The notes: generated by a model not told the origin, from the sequence alone. A DNA stretch of 64,000 nucleotides from an uncultured Chitinophagales bacterium (GCA_964472755.1 CAYYMF010000005.1:3386-67385), one strand, 5' to 3'; shown: positions 26,732 through 36,718, counted from the stretch's first letter. A program made the numbers and translations.

Positions 26732-28237
26732 ATGATTAAGCAACTTGTTTCCATATTCACTTTGGGATTACTAATTAGTACAAGCAATCTATTTGCACAA
26801 TCAGATGTTGATGCATTGCGATTGGGTATGCAATATAGTAACGGAAGTGCCAGAAATATGGGATTAGGAAATACAATGGGTGCTATCGGTGGAGAATTAA
26901 GTGTTATACATACCAATCCCGCAGCTTTAGGTAGAATAAGTGCTTCTGAAGTATCACTTACCCCTGTTGTTTCTATCTTTAATTCCAATTCAAATTATAT
27001 TGGTAAGATTACAGAAGATTCCAAATTAAAATTTGGTGTATATAATTTTAGTGCTGCTATGGTAAGTAAATACGCATCAAATTATGGCAAATGGAGTAGC
27101 CCAAAAGTGGGTTTTAGTTTTAATAATTTAGCAAATCTAAATCAAAATTTTTATAGCTCTGGGTTCAACCAACACAACAGTTTAGTTGATAAATATTTTG
27201 AGCTATTAGATGAACATGCTTCCACAACAAATGACTTGGAAAATATGTTTCCATTTAATGCAAGTTTAGCATACCATACTGATTTAATTTATTTTGATAC
27301 TACTGACCACCGAATTTACAGTTCCATCAATAATGGAAATGTACAGCAAGATATCGTTATTCAGAGAAAAGGCAACCTAAATGAAATGGCAATTGCAGTA
27401 GCAAGTACGTATTCTGGAGAAAAAAGAAAAATACATATTGGTGCTACAATCGGTGTTCCGACTTTAAATTTCACTGAAAGTACTGTCCATAAAGAAACAG
27501 ATACGCCTGATTCAAGCTTTAATTTTAATTATTTTAAACAAAATTCAACCTTTAGAGTGAGTGGCTTAGGTGTAAATCTGAAATTAGGTTTATTGGCTGA
27601 ATTATCTAAAAACATTCGTTTATCTCTCGCCTTTCAAACACCAAGTGTATTATTTTTGAATGATGCTTTTAACTCAAAAATATATGCTGATTATGTTACC
27701 TACACCGCAGAAGCAGAATCTCCAGAAGGTTTAATGAAATACAATTTGCGTTTACCTTGGAGGTTAAATACTGGAATGAGTTATATTTCGAAAATAGGTT
27801 TAGTTGCAGTCGAATATGAATTAAGTGATGCAGGTGCTTCAAAGTATAATTACAAAAATGCTGATGCTGATACTAAAGAAGAACAAAGTGCATTAAACCA
27901 AATAATTAAAAATAAGTACAAACTATACCATACATTAAAAATGGGATTGGAAGCAAAAATAGATCCTATTAGAATAAGAGGTGGTGTACAAATCCAAAGT
28001 AGTCCTTTCGATAAAAATTTTGTTGCTGACCAATCTGGACAATTGAATTTCATTTACAGTGCAGGCGTTGGTTATAGAAAAAATAAATTTGCAATTGATT
28101 TAGCTTATCAATTTACAAAAGGAAAAGAGAGTTACACACCGTATGTATTACAAAATGAAGCTCCACAATTTCAATATACTGCAGAAAACAATTTCAAACG
28201 CTCGGTAATTGCACTCACACTGGGTTATAAATTTTAA
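26732..28237 (+). CDS. Outer-membrane beta-barrel protein (FadL/PorV-like)
   Basis: 501 aa. The signal peptide ends ...NLFAQ. The N-terminal motif is GSARNMGLGNTMGAIGGELSVIHTNPAALG. Amphipathic strands alternate along the sequence, and the C-terminus is ...LTLGYKF. Confidence 0.7.
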   Translation: MIKQLVSIFTLGLLISTSNLFAQSDVDALRLGMQYSNGSARNMGLGNTMGAIGGELSVIHTNPAALGRISASEVSLTPVVSIFNSNSNYIGKITEDSKLKFGVYNFSAAMVSKYASNYGKWSSPKVGFSFNNLANLNQNFYSSGFNQHNSLVDKYFELLDEHASTTNDLENMFPFNASLAYHTDLIYFDTTDHRIYSSINNGNVQQDIVIQRKGNLNEMAIAVASTYSGEKRKIHIGATIGVPTLNFTESTVHKETDTPDSSFNFNYFKQNSTFRVSGLGVNLKLGLLAELSKNIRLSLAFQTPSVLFLNDAFNSKIYADYVTYTAEAESPEGLMKYNLRLPWRLNTGMSYISKIGLVAVEYELSDAGASKYNYKNADADTKEEQSALNQIIKNKYKLYHTLKMGLEAKIDPIRIRGGVQIQSSPFDKNFVADQSGQLNFIYSAGVGYRKNKFAIDLAYQFTKGKESYTPYVLQNEAPQFQYTAENNFKRSVIALTLGYKF

Positions 28238-28327
28238 CTGAATTAGAATAAAATTTAATTTGTAGATAATTCAACAATTTAAGTTTCTAATTTTATTTTA
28301 GATATATTTGGTACTTAAAAAAATACA

Positions 28328-28714
28328 ATGAGTACTAGAGTAAATTATTTAGAAGGTAGTGAATGGGAAACAAAAATTGGCTATTGCAGAGCAGTAAAAA
28401 TTGGAAATACAATTGAAATTGCAGGAACAACCGCAACTGTTAATGGCGAAGTTGTTGGCAAAGGAGATATGTATTTACAAACCAAAACAATTCTAGAAAA
28501 ATTTGAAAAAGTACTTAGCGAATTAGGTGCAAGCTATAAAGATGTAGTGCGTACAAGAATATTCTGTACGGATATTAGTCGTTGGGAAGAAATTGGAAAA
28601 GCTCATGGAGAAATATTTGCTGAAATAAAACCAACAACAGCAATGTACGAAATCCCCAAACTAATTAATCCTGATTTATTAATTGAGATTGAGGCTACTG
28701 CAATAATAGAGTAA
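28328..28714 (+). CDS. RidA/YjgF-family protein
   Basis: 128 aa with a pattern typical of the Rid family (RTRIFCTDI..., IEIEATA). Confidence 0.7.
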   Translation: MSTRVNYLEGSEWETKIGYCRAVKIGNTIEIAGTTATVNGEVVGKGDMYLQTKTILEKFEKVLSELGASYKDVVRTRIFCTDISRWEEIGKAHGEIFAEIKPTTAMYEIPKLINPDLLIEIEATAIIE

Positions 28715-28776
28715 TCTTTAGAATAGTAATAAAAATTTGTTCTATTCATTTAGAATAGAAATTTGCATGATATTTG

Positions 28777-28784
28777 TACATTTG
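28777..28784 (+). promoter_or_regulatory. Candidate -7 box TACATTTG
   Basis: Matches TAnnTTTG and ends 6 nt before the ATG at 28791. It lies inside the ORF-track TTG-started extension. Confidence 0.4.
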
Positions 28785-28790
28785 ATTTTT

Positions 28791-29966
28791 ATGAAGCGTA
28801 TCACATATCTTGGACTAATATTATTTTGCCTTTATTCTAATTTTTCTTTTGGCAAAGAAGTAATTGTGGCAGCAGAAAGGACAAAGGAATATTTGCCATT
28901 ATTACAAAATAAAAAAGTAGGATTGGTCGTTAATCAAACTTCAGTTGTTGGCAATACACACCTTTTAGATACTTTAATTGCATTAAAAATAAATGTAGTC
29001 AAAGTTTTTGCACCTGAACATGGATTCCGAGGAACAGCTGATGCTGGCGAGAGTGTAAAAAGCGGTATTGATGCTAAAACAAAAACACCAATTATTTCAT
29101 TATATGGCAATAATAAAAAACCCAAACCAGAACAATTAGTTGATGTAGATATTTTATTGTTCGATATTCAAGATGTGGGCGTTCGTTTCTATACTTATAT
29201 TTCTACTTTAGAATATGTAATGGAAGCTTGTGCTGAAAATAATAAATCTCTCATCGTTTTAGATAGACCCAACCCAAATGGATATTATATCGATGGTCCT
29301 ATCTTGGAAACTACCCAAAAAAGTTTTATTGGAATGCAACAAATTCCAATTGTTTACGGAATGACGATAGGAGAATATGCTCAAATGTTGAATGGAGAAA
29401 AGTGGCTAACTAATAAAGCTCAATGCAAATTAACTGTTATTAAAAATCAAAACTACGACCACAATACTTTTTATAGTTTACCTATAAAACCATCTCCTAA
29501 CTTACCAAATATACAAAGTATTTATTTATACCCAAGTTTGTGCTTTTTTGAAGGCACCAATACTGTAAGTTTGGGCAGAGGAACGGATTTCCCATTTCAA
29601 ATTTATGGGAGTCCAGATTTTCCTAAAAATTTATCTTATAATTTTACTCCAATACCAAAAGAAGGCGCCAAAACCCCACCTTTACTAAATCAAAAATGCT
29701 ATGGATATAATTTATCAGAAATAAATTTAGATACTTTAAAACAGCAAAAATTTACTTTAAAATATCTTATTAATGCTTATCAATTAAGCAACTCAAAGGC
29801 TAATTTTTTCACTTCATTCTTTGAAAAATTAGCGGGAACTTCAACCTTACGAAAACAAATTGAAAGTGGAATGAATGAAAATGCTATTAAAAAAACTTGG
29901 CAAAAAGATTTGAATTGCTTTAAATTAATTCGTAAAAAGTATCTACTTTATCCTGATTTTGAATAG
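28791..29966 (+). CDS. namZ: DUF1343-family exo-beta-N-acetylmuramidase (NamZ-like)
   Basis: Motifs VGLVVNQTS, FAPEHGFRG and DIQDVGVRFYTY. The ATG at 28791 gives a signal peptide (MKRITYLGLILFCLYSNFSFG). Confidence 0.75.
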   Translation: MKRITYLGLILFCLYSNFSFGKEVIVAAERTKEYLPLLQNKKVGLVVNQTSVVGNTHLLDTLIALKINVVKVFAPEHGFRGTADAGESVKSGIDAKTKTPIISLYGNNKKPKPEQLVDVDILLFDIQDVGVRFYTYISTLEYVMEACAENNKSLIVLDRPNPNGYYIDGPILETTQKSFIGMQQIPIVYGMTIGEYAQMLNGEKWLTNKAQCKLTVIKNQNYDHNTFYSLPIKPSPNLPNIQSIYLYPSLCFFEGTNTVSLGRGTDFPFQIYGSPDFPKNLSYNFTPIPKEGAKTPPLLNQKCYGYNLSEINLDTLKQQKFTLKYLINAYQLSNSKANFFTSFFEKLAGTSTLRKQIESGMNENAIKKTWQKDLNCFKLIRKKYLLYPDFE

Positions 29967-30020
29967 TATATTATATACTTTAGTTTGTTAATAAAGTTCG
30001 ATACAATATATTTGTGAAGA

Positions 30021-31523
30021 ATGAAAAGTAATTTTATATTAATTTGTTGTTTCTTTGCTTTTATTTTTGCGTGCAAAAAAGATAAAAAGTTATCTACAAA
30101 TAATTCCAAACTACTCTTTGCTAAAGTAGGCGAAAAACCTGGCATATTTGACCAACAAGGAAGATATGTTATTCTTAGAGGTGCGAATTACAATGTACTT
30201 GGAGATTATTGGGTTGGAAACCCTGACATTGCAACTGTTAAAAATTATAGTAAAGACGACTTTAAAATAATGGCTTCCTATGGGTTGAATTGTATCAGAT
30301 TAATTTTTAATTGGAGTAAGTTAGAACCCATAAAAGGACAATACAACCAAGAATATATAAATTCAATAAAAACAGCCATAGAAGATGCTGCAAAGTACAA
30401 TATCTATGTTTTAGTAGATATGCACCAAGATGCATATAGCAAATTTATTTTTACGAAAGCAGATGAAACTTGTGAATATCCACTTAAAGGTTGGGATGGG
30501 GCACCTGAATGGGCTGTAATTACTGACAATATTCCAACTTGTATGGGTAGTTCAAATGGTGTTGGTGGTCGTGAAACAAGCAAGGCTGTTGTACATGCAT
30601 TTCAAAATTTTTGGGACAATACCAATCAAATACAAGATCATTGTATAAATGCGTGGTTATATTTAGTTAAGCAAATTGGAAATTATGATAATGTTTTAGG
30701 TTATGATATGCTCAATGAACCTAGTTTAGGTTATAAAGACTTAGTTGGAGAAGCTGTTAAGCTTGGAAGATTTTATGATAAACTAGGACATAAAATCAGA
30801 GCAACAGAAAGAGAATATCAACTTTTAGAGCATACTTTATTTTTTGAGATGAGTATCTCTTGGAATGGGCAACCAATTCCTTTTATTCCACCAACAAATT
30901 TTACTCAATTGGATAATATTTGCTTTGCTCCACATTCCTATTTTGAAGCAATTTCATATCTCCTAACCGTAGAACAAGGATATGGTTTATTAAAATCTTT
31001 TGCTTCAGGCTATGAAACTGGACTTTTTATGGGCGAATATGGTTTTTTTGAAGACCCTTCAACTGGAGTGCCTAAACTAATTCGATTTGCAAAGCAAGAA
31101 GACCAATATTTTAATAGCTCTACAATATGGAGTTGGGCACAAGCACCTGGAGATCCACATGTTATTGATTACACTGGATCAATATATCCTGAAAAAGAAT
31201 ATATTATTACAGAAGTGGACAAAAACGGAAATGCGACAGGCAGATTAAATACAGCATTTTTAGAAATACTTGGAAGAACACGACCTAATGCAATTGTCGG
31301 GTATCCAACTTTTTTAGAATCAGATCCATTAACTGGCAAACTATTACTCAAGGCAGAGAGTAACAAATCAGGAACAACAATTTTATGGATTCCAAACAGA
31401 TTTGGAACGCCTATTATTTCAGGTAAAAACATTAAGCGTTATCATCTTAATGAAGTTGATGGAGGATATTTAGCTCAAATTGATGTTGAAAATAATTACG
31501 AAATTAATGTTGATTTTAATTAA
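30021..31523 (+). CDS. Glycoside hydrolase family 5 lipoprotein (endoglycoceramidase/cellulase-like)
   Basis: 500 aa with a lipobox (FAFIFAC). GH5 motifs are GLNCIRLIFNWSKLEP and VLGYDMLNEP (acid/base Glu). Confidence 0.75.
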   Translation: MKSNFILICCFFAFIFACKKDKKLSTNNSKLLFAKVGEKPGIFDQQGRYVILRGANYNVLGDYWVGNPDIATVKNYSKDDFKIMASYGLNCIRLIFNWSKLEPIKGQYNQEYINSIKTAIEDAAKYNIYVLVDMHQDAYSKFIFTKADETCEYPLKGWDGAPEWAVITDNIPTCMGSSNGVGGRETSKAVVHAFQNFWDNTNQIQDHCINAWLYLVKQIGNYDNVLGYDMLNEPSLGYKDLVGEAVKLGRFYDKLGHKIRATEREYQLLEHTLFFEMSISWNGQPIPFIPPTNFTQLDNICFAPHSYFEAISYLLTVEQGYGLLKSFASGYETGLFMGEYGFFEDPSTGVPKLIRFAKQEDQYFNSSTIWSWAQAPGDPHVIDYTGSIYPEKEYIITEVDKNGNATGRLNTAFLEILGRTRPNAIVGYPTFLESDPLTGKLLLKAESNKSGTTILWIPNRFGTPIISGKNIKRYHLNEVDGGYLAQIDVENNYEINVDFN

Positions 31524-31537
31524 AAAACTAATATTTA

Positions 31538-33913
31538 TTATTTCGTTTTTTTCTTTAGCAAAAGTGTGTGTTTTTTATGTTCCTCCACTTTTTTTCTAGA
31601 AAAACACATTGCAATACTTTCGCCTTTAAACCATTTATCTAATTGATTTTTATAAAATGGACTAGCCATATTGGCACTATTTCCGAGAGGCATAATAATC
31701 GTCGAGTTATCAAAATCTGCAAAGTCAATAGTTTGCCTATACGAAACTGAATTTAATTCTCCGCCATAAGCATTTTCTGCCATTACGTACGTTTGAAATG
31801 GTGTATCTGTATCTCCACCAATTGGAAATGGACCAACATTAAATACTTTGTCCAATGGCGGTTTTACAGAAAATGCATGAGGAAATACAATTGCATGAAC
31901 ATTACCCCAATTCCATTTTTTAGGATTTGTACCAAAATTTAATTTCAACCAATCAATTCCATATTTAATACCTGTTTTTAGTACATGTTCTTTGCCTCCT
32001 GCATTCTTTAACAAGATAGAATCTGGATTGTCTAATATTCTGAAAAGTGCTACGGTATTGTGTCCAAGGAATGCATTTAGAGGTTGAAAAATCTCATGAA
32101 ATCCTGCTCCCAACAATTCTTTTACTAAGTTTTTATCTTCAATATTTCTATCGTAAATATATTTTACCATTTCCTTTTTGCAGACTTTATACAAAGTGCC
32201 TTCAATTTGTTCAGGTCGCAATACGCCATCCCAATTTAGAAGCATTTGTACATATTGTTGAAGTTCTGCATTCGCCATATCAATATTGATATAGTAATCT
32301 TTAAATTGATTTGCAGGCAAACACGTCCAATCCATTTGCATTTCAGTAAAATCTTTTGGGCTTAAATTAGCTCTACCTTCAATCATTTTTTCCAAACGAT
32401 TCGCACGATAACCATTCATATAAATATCACCAAGAAAATATGGATAATTATCATCTACAATTTTATGGTTGGCCGTAATTACATGACCTTGTTGTGGATT
32501 TAAAACGTGTGGCATTTCTTCAAATGGAACAAAATCTGACCATTTATTTTCGCTTTTCCAACCTGGCATTGGCACAGAAGCAATTTGCTTATCTCTTATG
32601 GGTACTTTTCCTGAATTATAATAACCAATATTGCCTACAATATCTGCATAAACTATATTTAAACCAGGAGCTTGAATACACTCGACAGCTTTTACAAAAT
32701 CATTCCAATCTCTTGCCTTGTTTAGATTGAACCAACCTTCAAACATTTTTCCTGGTCGAAAAGCCATAGAACTTAATGTATATGCTTGTGCTTTATGGTT
32801 TGTAACATGAGAAATTAAAGTACCGTTTACTGTACTGATTACTTTTTCAATATGTGGCATATTTTCCCCTTTGATATAGATTTTTTCTTCTATAATCTCT
32901 GAGTCCATAATTTTTCCATCATACATATAAGTTTTCATCGTTTCGTCTGTAAATTTCTCTACATAAACATCTTCAATATCGGTAAAAGATAAAGTAATTC
33001 CCCAACCTATATTATCATTATGTCCAATCAATATCGCTGGAATTGCAGGACAGGAAACGCCTGAAACATGGTAGTCTTTGGTGTGAATATGCATCTGATA
33101 CCAAATATTCGGATTTTTAAGTGTTAGATGTGGGTCATTACATAAATATGGCTTACCTGTTTTCGTTTTACTTCCATGAATTGTCCAAGCATTACTTCCA
33201 CTTATTTTTGGAATATATGGCCCATTCATTGCATTGAATTTATTATCAATACCAATGGTATTAAATTCTACACCTTTGGGTAAAGTTACTGGATTGTTTT
33301 CTGGATAAGAATTATCTAACTCCATAGCTGCATCTAATCCGACAAGTTCTATCAGTTTCGCTCTAATGATTTCATCATACCAACCAAAAGTCAATAAAGA
33401 TGACAACATTTTAGAAAAGGCACAAACATCAATAGGATTCCATAATTCTGGTTTTAAGCCTAACAATTTATATTCTACAGGAAATTTTGAAGTATTATTT
33501 TGGATAAAAGCATTAACGCCGTTACAATATGCCTTCAGATAAGATTTTAAATCATCTGTCAATAACTCCCAATCTTTTTTGCCTATTCTATCATAACCAA
33601 AAGTTCGAGCTATACGGTCGGCATCTAAGGCATCTTTTCCGATAATTTCAGCTAATTTACCACGAGCCGCACGCCGATTCAAATCCATTTGCCACAATCT
33701 GTCTTGTGCATGAATGTAACCTTGAGCAAAAAGTGCATCTTCTAATTTATCTGTATAAATATGAGCAATTCCCCATTCATCACGTATAATTTCTACTTCA
33801 TTGCTCAAGCCATCTACATAAATATTTCCGTCAATTTTGGGTAATGCAGCACGACTCATTTCTTTAATTATTGGTTTGAGTACTGTACCTGCTATATTAT
33901 TGAGTACTGACAT
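31538..33913 (-). CDS. Penicillin/AHL-acylase family Ntn-hydrolase
   Basis: 791 aa. The autoproteolytic nucleophile context is ISGSNAWTIHG, and the family-typical N-terminus is RDEWGIAHIY. Confidence 0.85.
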   Translation of the reverse strand: MSVLNNIAGTVLKPIIKEMSRAALPKIDGNIYVDGLSNEVEIIRDEWGIAHIYTDKLEDALFAQGYIHAQDRLWQMDLNRRAARGKLAEIIGKDALDADRIARTFGYDRIGKKDWELLTDDLKSYLKAYCNGVNAFIQNNTSKFPVEYKLLGLKPELWNPIDVCAFSKMLSSLLTFGWYDEIIRAKLIELVGLDAAMELDNSYPENNPVTLPKGVEFNTIGIDNKFNAMNGPYIPKISGSNAWTIHGSKTKTGKPYLCNDPHLTLKNPNIWYQMHIHTKDYHVSGVSCPAIPAILIGHNDNIGWGITLSFTDIEDVYVEKFTDETMKTYMYDGKIMDSEIIEEKIYIKGENMPHIEKVISTVNGTLISHVTNHKAQAYTLSSMAFRPGKMFEGWFNLNKARDWNDFVKAVECIQAPGLNIVYADIVGNIGYYNSGKVPIRDKQIASVPMPGWKSENKWSDFVPFEEMPHVLNPQQGHVITANHKIVDDNYPYFLGDIYMNGYRANRLEKMIEGRANLSPKDFTEMQMDWTCLPANQFKDYYINIDMANAELQQYVQMLLNWDGVLRPEQIEGTLYKVCKKEMVKYIYDRNIEDKNLVKELLGAGFHEIFQPLNAFLGHNTVALFRILDNPDSILLKNAGGKEHVLKTGIKYGIDWLKLNFGTNPKKWNWGNVHAIVFPHAFSVKPPLDKVFNVGPFPIGGDTDTPFQTYVMAENAYGGELNSVSYRQTIDFADFDNSTIIMPLGNSANMASPFYKNQLDKWFKGESIAMCFSRKKVEEHKKHTLLLKKKTK

Positions 33914-34097
33914 GGTTTTCTATTTGTTTGGAAAATAAAGATAAACTAAATTGTAGAAATTATTGGATTTTATTATTCAATATTACTTTAATAGACAACA
34001 TCTATTTGAATAAATTTTAGGGCAATGCAATATTCTATTTGTCAAAATATTAATTGTCCCAATCTTAATCGTTCAGCCTATTTTCAATATCTATTTG

Positions 34098-34364
34098 TTA
34101 ATGCAATATTCTAATTATTTCAACTAAATTTTCTTTTGTATTGATTTTGTAAAAAATAAAATGTGATTTTACCTTTGAACGAAAATAGCCCATTCTAATA
34201 TGGCTATAATCCTTTTCTTAATTTGGATTTTCGATTATGAATTCAATTTCATCAAAAATCAAGTCATAATATCGGTCAGCTTGTTCTTTTGACCAAGTTA
34301 TGAAAGTATAAAGCCAAATATTTTCAAGGTCGTTTTGAGCTTCATTACTAATTTTATACTTCAT
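34098..34364 (-). pseudogene. parE: ParE/RelE-family toxin gene with an in-frame TAA at codon 49
   Basis: Translates MKYKISNEAQNDLENIWLYTFITWSKEQADRYYDLIFDEIEFIIENPN*EKDYSHIRMGYFRSKVKSHFIFYKINTKENLVEIIRILH*. The stop at 34218-34220 sits where I would expect a sense codon (TTA Leu is one substitution away). Confidence 0.7.
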
Positions 34365-34412
34365 TATTTTACAAGATGTTTTTGATGAAGTTTGTTCAAA
34401 AAGTTATCTTTA

Positions 34413-34614
34413 TTAAAGTTTTTTTACAAATCCAGATTTCTCTCCTTTTTTAAGTTCGTTAATAAGTTCGCTTTTTTTTAGACTCTTCATATTCAAACAT
34501 TCTTAAAGCAGCTCGCACTACTTCACTTGCGGAAGAAAATTTTCCAGATTGGACTTGTTTATTAATAAAGTTATCAAAATAATCTCCTAATAATATCGAT
34601 GTATTTTTAGCCAT
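34413..34614 (-). pseudogene. parD: ParD-family antitoxin gene with frameshifts in A-runs
   Basis: Translates MAKNTSILLGDYFDNFINKQVQSGKFSSASEVVRAALRMFEYEESKKK, then the frame is lost. The continuation ANLLTNLKK / GEKSGFVKKL* is readable only after two frame changes at poly-A tracts. Confidence 0.6.
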
Positions 34615-34634
34615 AATTCTAATCTTTGCTTAAA

Positions 34635-34653
34635 GATACCAAATATTGGTATC
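34635..34653. promoter_or_regulatory. Candidate operator palindrome upstream of parD
   Basis: gatacca-N5-tggtatc lies 21 nt upstream of the parD ATG and overlaps a near -7 box (AATATTTG on the minus strand). Confidence 0.4.
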
Positions 34654-34774
34654 CATTGCAACAATTATCCGTTAAATTTTAGGATAATTATTTCAAACTA
34701 TTTACATTAATTGTTCATATAGCTTTTCGATGAAGCCGAAATTTCGCACATATATTGAATAGAATTCCTAGTAA

Positions 34775-35704
34775 TTATGAATATCTCTCAAGACATTGAA
34801 TAATAATCTCCTCTGAGTTTTGAGGAGTTTCGATAGGTTCAAAAGTTTTACCTAAGATATGTTCATATAACTCAATATATCTTTTAGAAATATTTTCAAT
34901 AACTTCTGGAGTCATTTCAGGAACTGTTTGTCCTTCTTTACCCATAAAATTATTTGCAATCAACCATTCACGTACAAACTCCTTTGACAATTGTTTTTGT
35001 GGTTCGCCTTTCTTTAATCTTTCTTCATAGCCATCTGCATAAAAATATCTTGAAGAATCGGGCGTATGAATTTCATCCATCAAATAAATTTGATTACCAA
35101 TTTTTCCAAATTCATATTTCGTATCTACCAAGATTAAATTATGTTCTTTTGCCAAATCAGTACCGCGTTGGAAAATTGCTTGTGTGTATTCTTCCAATTG
35201 CTCATAATCCGCTAACGATGCAATCCCATTTGCAATAATTTCTTCTTTAGAAATATCTTCATCATGACCAGCAGAAGCTTTTGTCGTTGGTGTAATAATA
35301 GGCTGTTCTAGCTTTTGATTTTCAACTAATCCATCTGGAAGCGTAACACCACAAATTGTTCTGATGCCACTTTTGTATGCTCGCCAAGCAGAACCTGCTA
35401 AATAACCACGTATCACCATCTCCAATTTGAAAGATTCACATTTTCTGCCTATTGTTACATTTGGCAAAGGAACTTCCAATACCCAGTTTGGCAATATATC
35501 AATGGTTTGTGCTAAATGATGATTGGCAATTTCATTCAAAATTTGTCCTTTATAAGGAATTGGTTTTGGTAAGATAACATCAAATGCAGAAATCCTATCA
35601 GAAACAACCATGACCATCAAATCATTATTAATCGTATAAACATCACGTACTTTTCCGCTATAAAAATTAGTTTGATTTGGAAATTGGAAATTAGTTAAAT
35701 TCAT
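34775..35704 (-). CDS. purC: Phosphoribosylaminoimidazole-succinocarboxamide synthase
   Basis: 309 aa, the long-form SAICAR synthetase, with motifs GKVRDVY and DTKYEFG. Confidence 0.9.
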   Translation of the reverse strand: MNLTNFQFPNQTNFYSGKVRDVYTINNDLMVMVVSDRISAFDVILPKPIPYKGQILNEIANHHLAQTIDILPNWVLEVPLPNVTIGRKCESFKLEMVIRGYLAGSAWRAYKSGIRTICGVTLPDGLVENQKLEQPIITPTTKASAGHDEDISKEEIIANGIASLADYEQLEEYTQAIFQRGTDLAKEHNLILVDTKYEFGKIGNQIYLMDEIHTPDSSRYFYADGYEERLKKGEPQKQLSKEFVREWLIANNFMGKEGQTVPEMTPEVIENISKRYIELYEHILGKTFEPIETPQNSEEIIIQCLERYS

Positions 35705-35713
35705 TTATCTAAA

Positions 35714-36718
35714 TTATACTTTTTCTGAATTTTCGTGTGTTGCTTTTTCTTTATCTTTTAAAGTATCAATTCTATCCTTTTCTTTATCAAAAGCTTTGAT
35801 AATTGCTTTTACCAATCGATGCCGAACAACATCTTCCTCTGTCAATTTTATAATACCGATACCTTGAATATTTTTTAAAATTTCTACTGTACTTTTCAAT
35901 CCAGACTGTTGATTTTTAGGCAAATCTATTTGTGATAAATCTCCAGTAATGATACATTTTGCTGAAGGTCCAATCCTCGTTAGAAACATTTTAAGTTGTA
36001 ATTGCGTCGCATTTTGTGCTTCATCTAGAATCATAAAAGCATGATCTAAAGTACGACCTCTCATATAAGCCAAAGGGGCCACTTCTATTATTCTATTTTG
36101 CATAAAATATGCTAACTTATCAGCTGGTATCATATCATCTAATGCATCATACAATGGACGTAAATAAGGGTCTACTTTATCTTTTAAATCTCCTGGTAAG
36201 AAGCCCAGATTTTCACCTGCTTCAACTGCTGGTCGTGTTAAGATAATTTTCTTAACTGTTTTATTTTTCAAAGCACGTACAGCCAAAGCCACAGCAGTGT
36301 ATGTTTTTCCAGTTCCAGCTGGTCCAATTGCAAATAAAATATCATTCTCAGATGATAAATCCACCATATTTTGTTGGTTGGTCGTTCTTGCTTTGATTAA
36401 TAAGCCATTATTACCATGTACTAATACATTATCTTTGAATTGAGGAAAAACAGTTTCATACGGATTTTCTTCATTCAGAATATCAACGATATGCTCTTCG
36501 GTAATTTTGCCATAACGTTCTAAATATTCAACCAATAGTTTTATTTTTTGCTCAAATTCTACTAAATCATCTTGATTGCCAATTGCAATAATTTTATTTC
36601 CACGTGCGACAATATTTAACTTGTTAAATATCTTTTTGATGATTTTTAATTTACCTTCATTGTATCCCAAAAAATCGATTGGATCAATTGTATCTAATTT
36701 AATTGTTAGTTCGCTCAA
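35714..36718 (-). CDS. phoH: PhoH-family ATPase
   Basis: 334 aa with Walker A GPAGTGKT, Walker B ILDEAQN, and GDLSQIDL. Confidence 0.85.
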   Translation of the reverse strand: MSELTIKLDTIDPIDFLGYNEGKLKIIKKIFNKLNIVARGNKIIAIGNQDDLVEFEQKIKLLVEYLERYGKITEEHIVDILNEENPYETVFPQFKDNVLVHGNNGLLIKARTTNQQNMVDLSSENDILFAIGPAGTGKTYTAVALAVRALKNKTVKKIILTRPAVEAGENLGFLPGDLKDKVDPYLRPLYDALDDMIPADKLAYFMQNRIIEVAPLAYMRGRTLDHAFMILDEAQNATQLQLKMFLTRIGPSAKCIITGDLSQIDLPKNQQSGLKSTVEILKNIQGIGIIKLTEEDVVRHRLVKAIIKAFDKEKDRIDTLKDKEKATHENSEKV

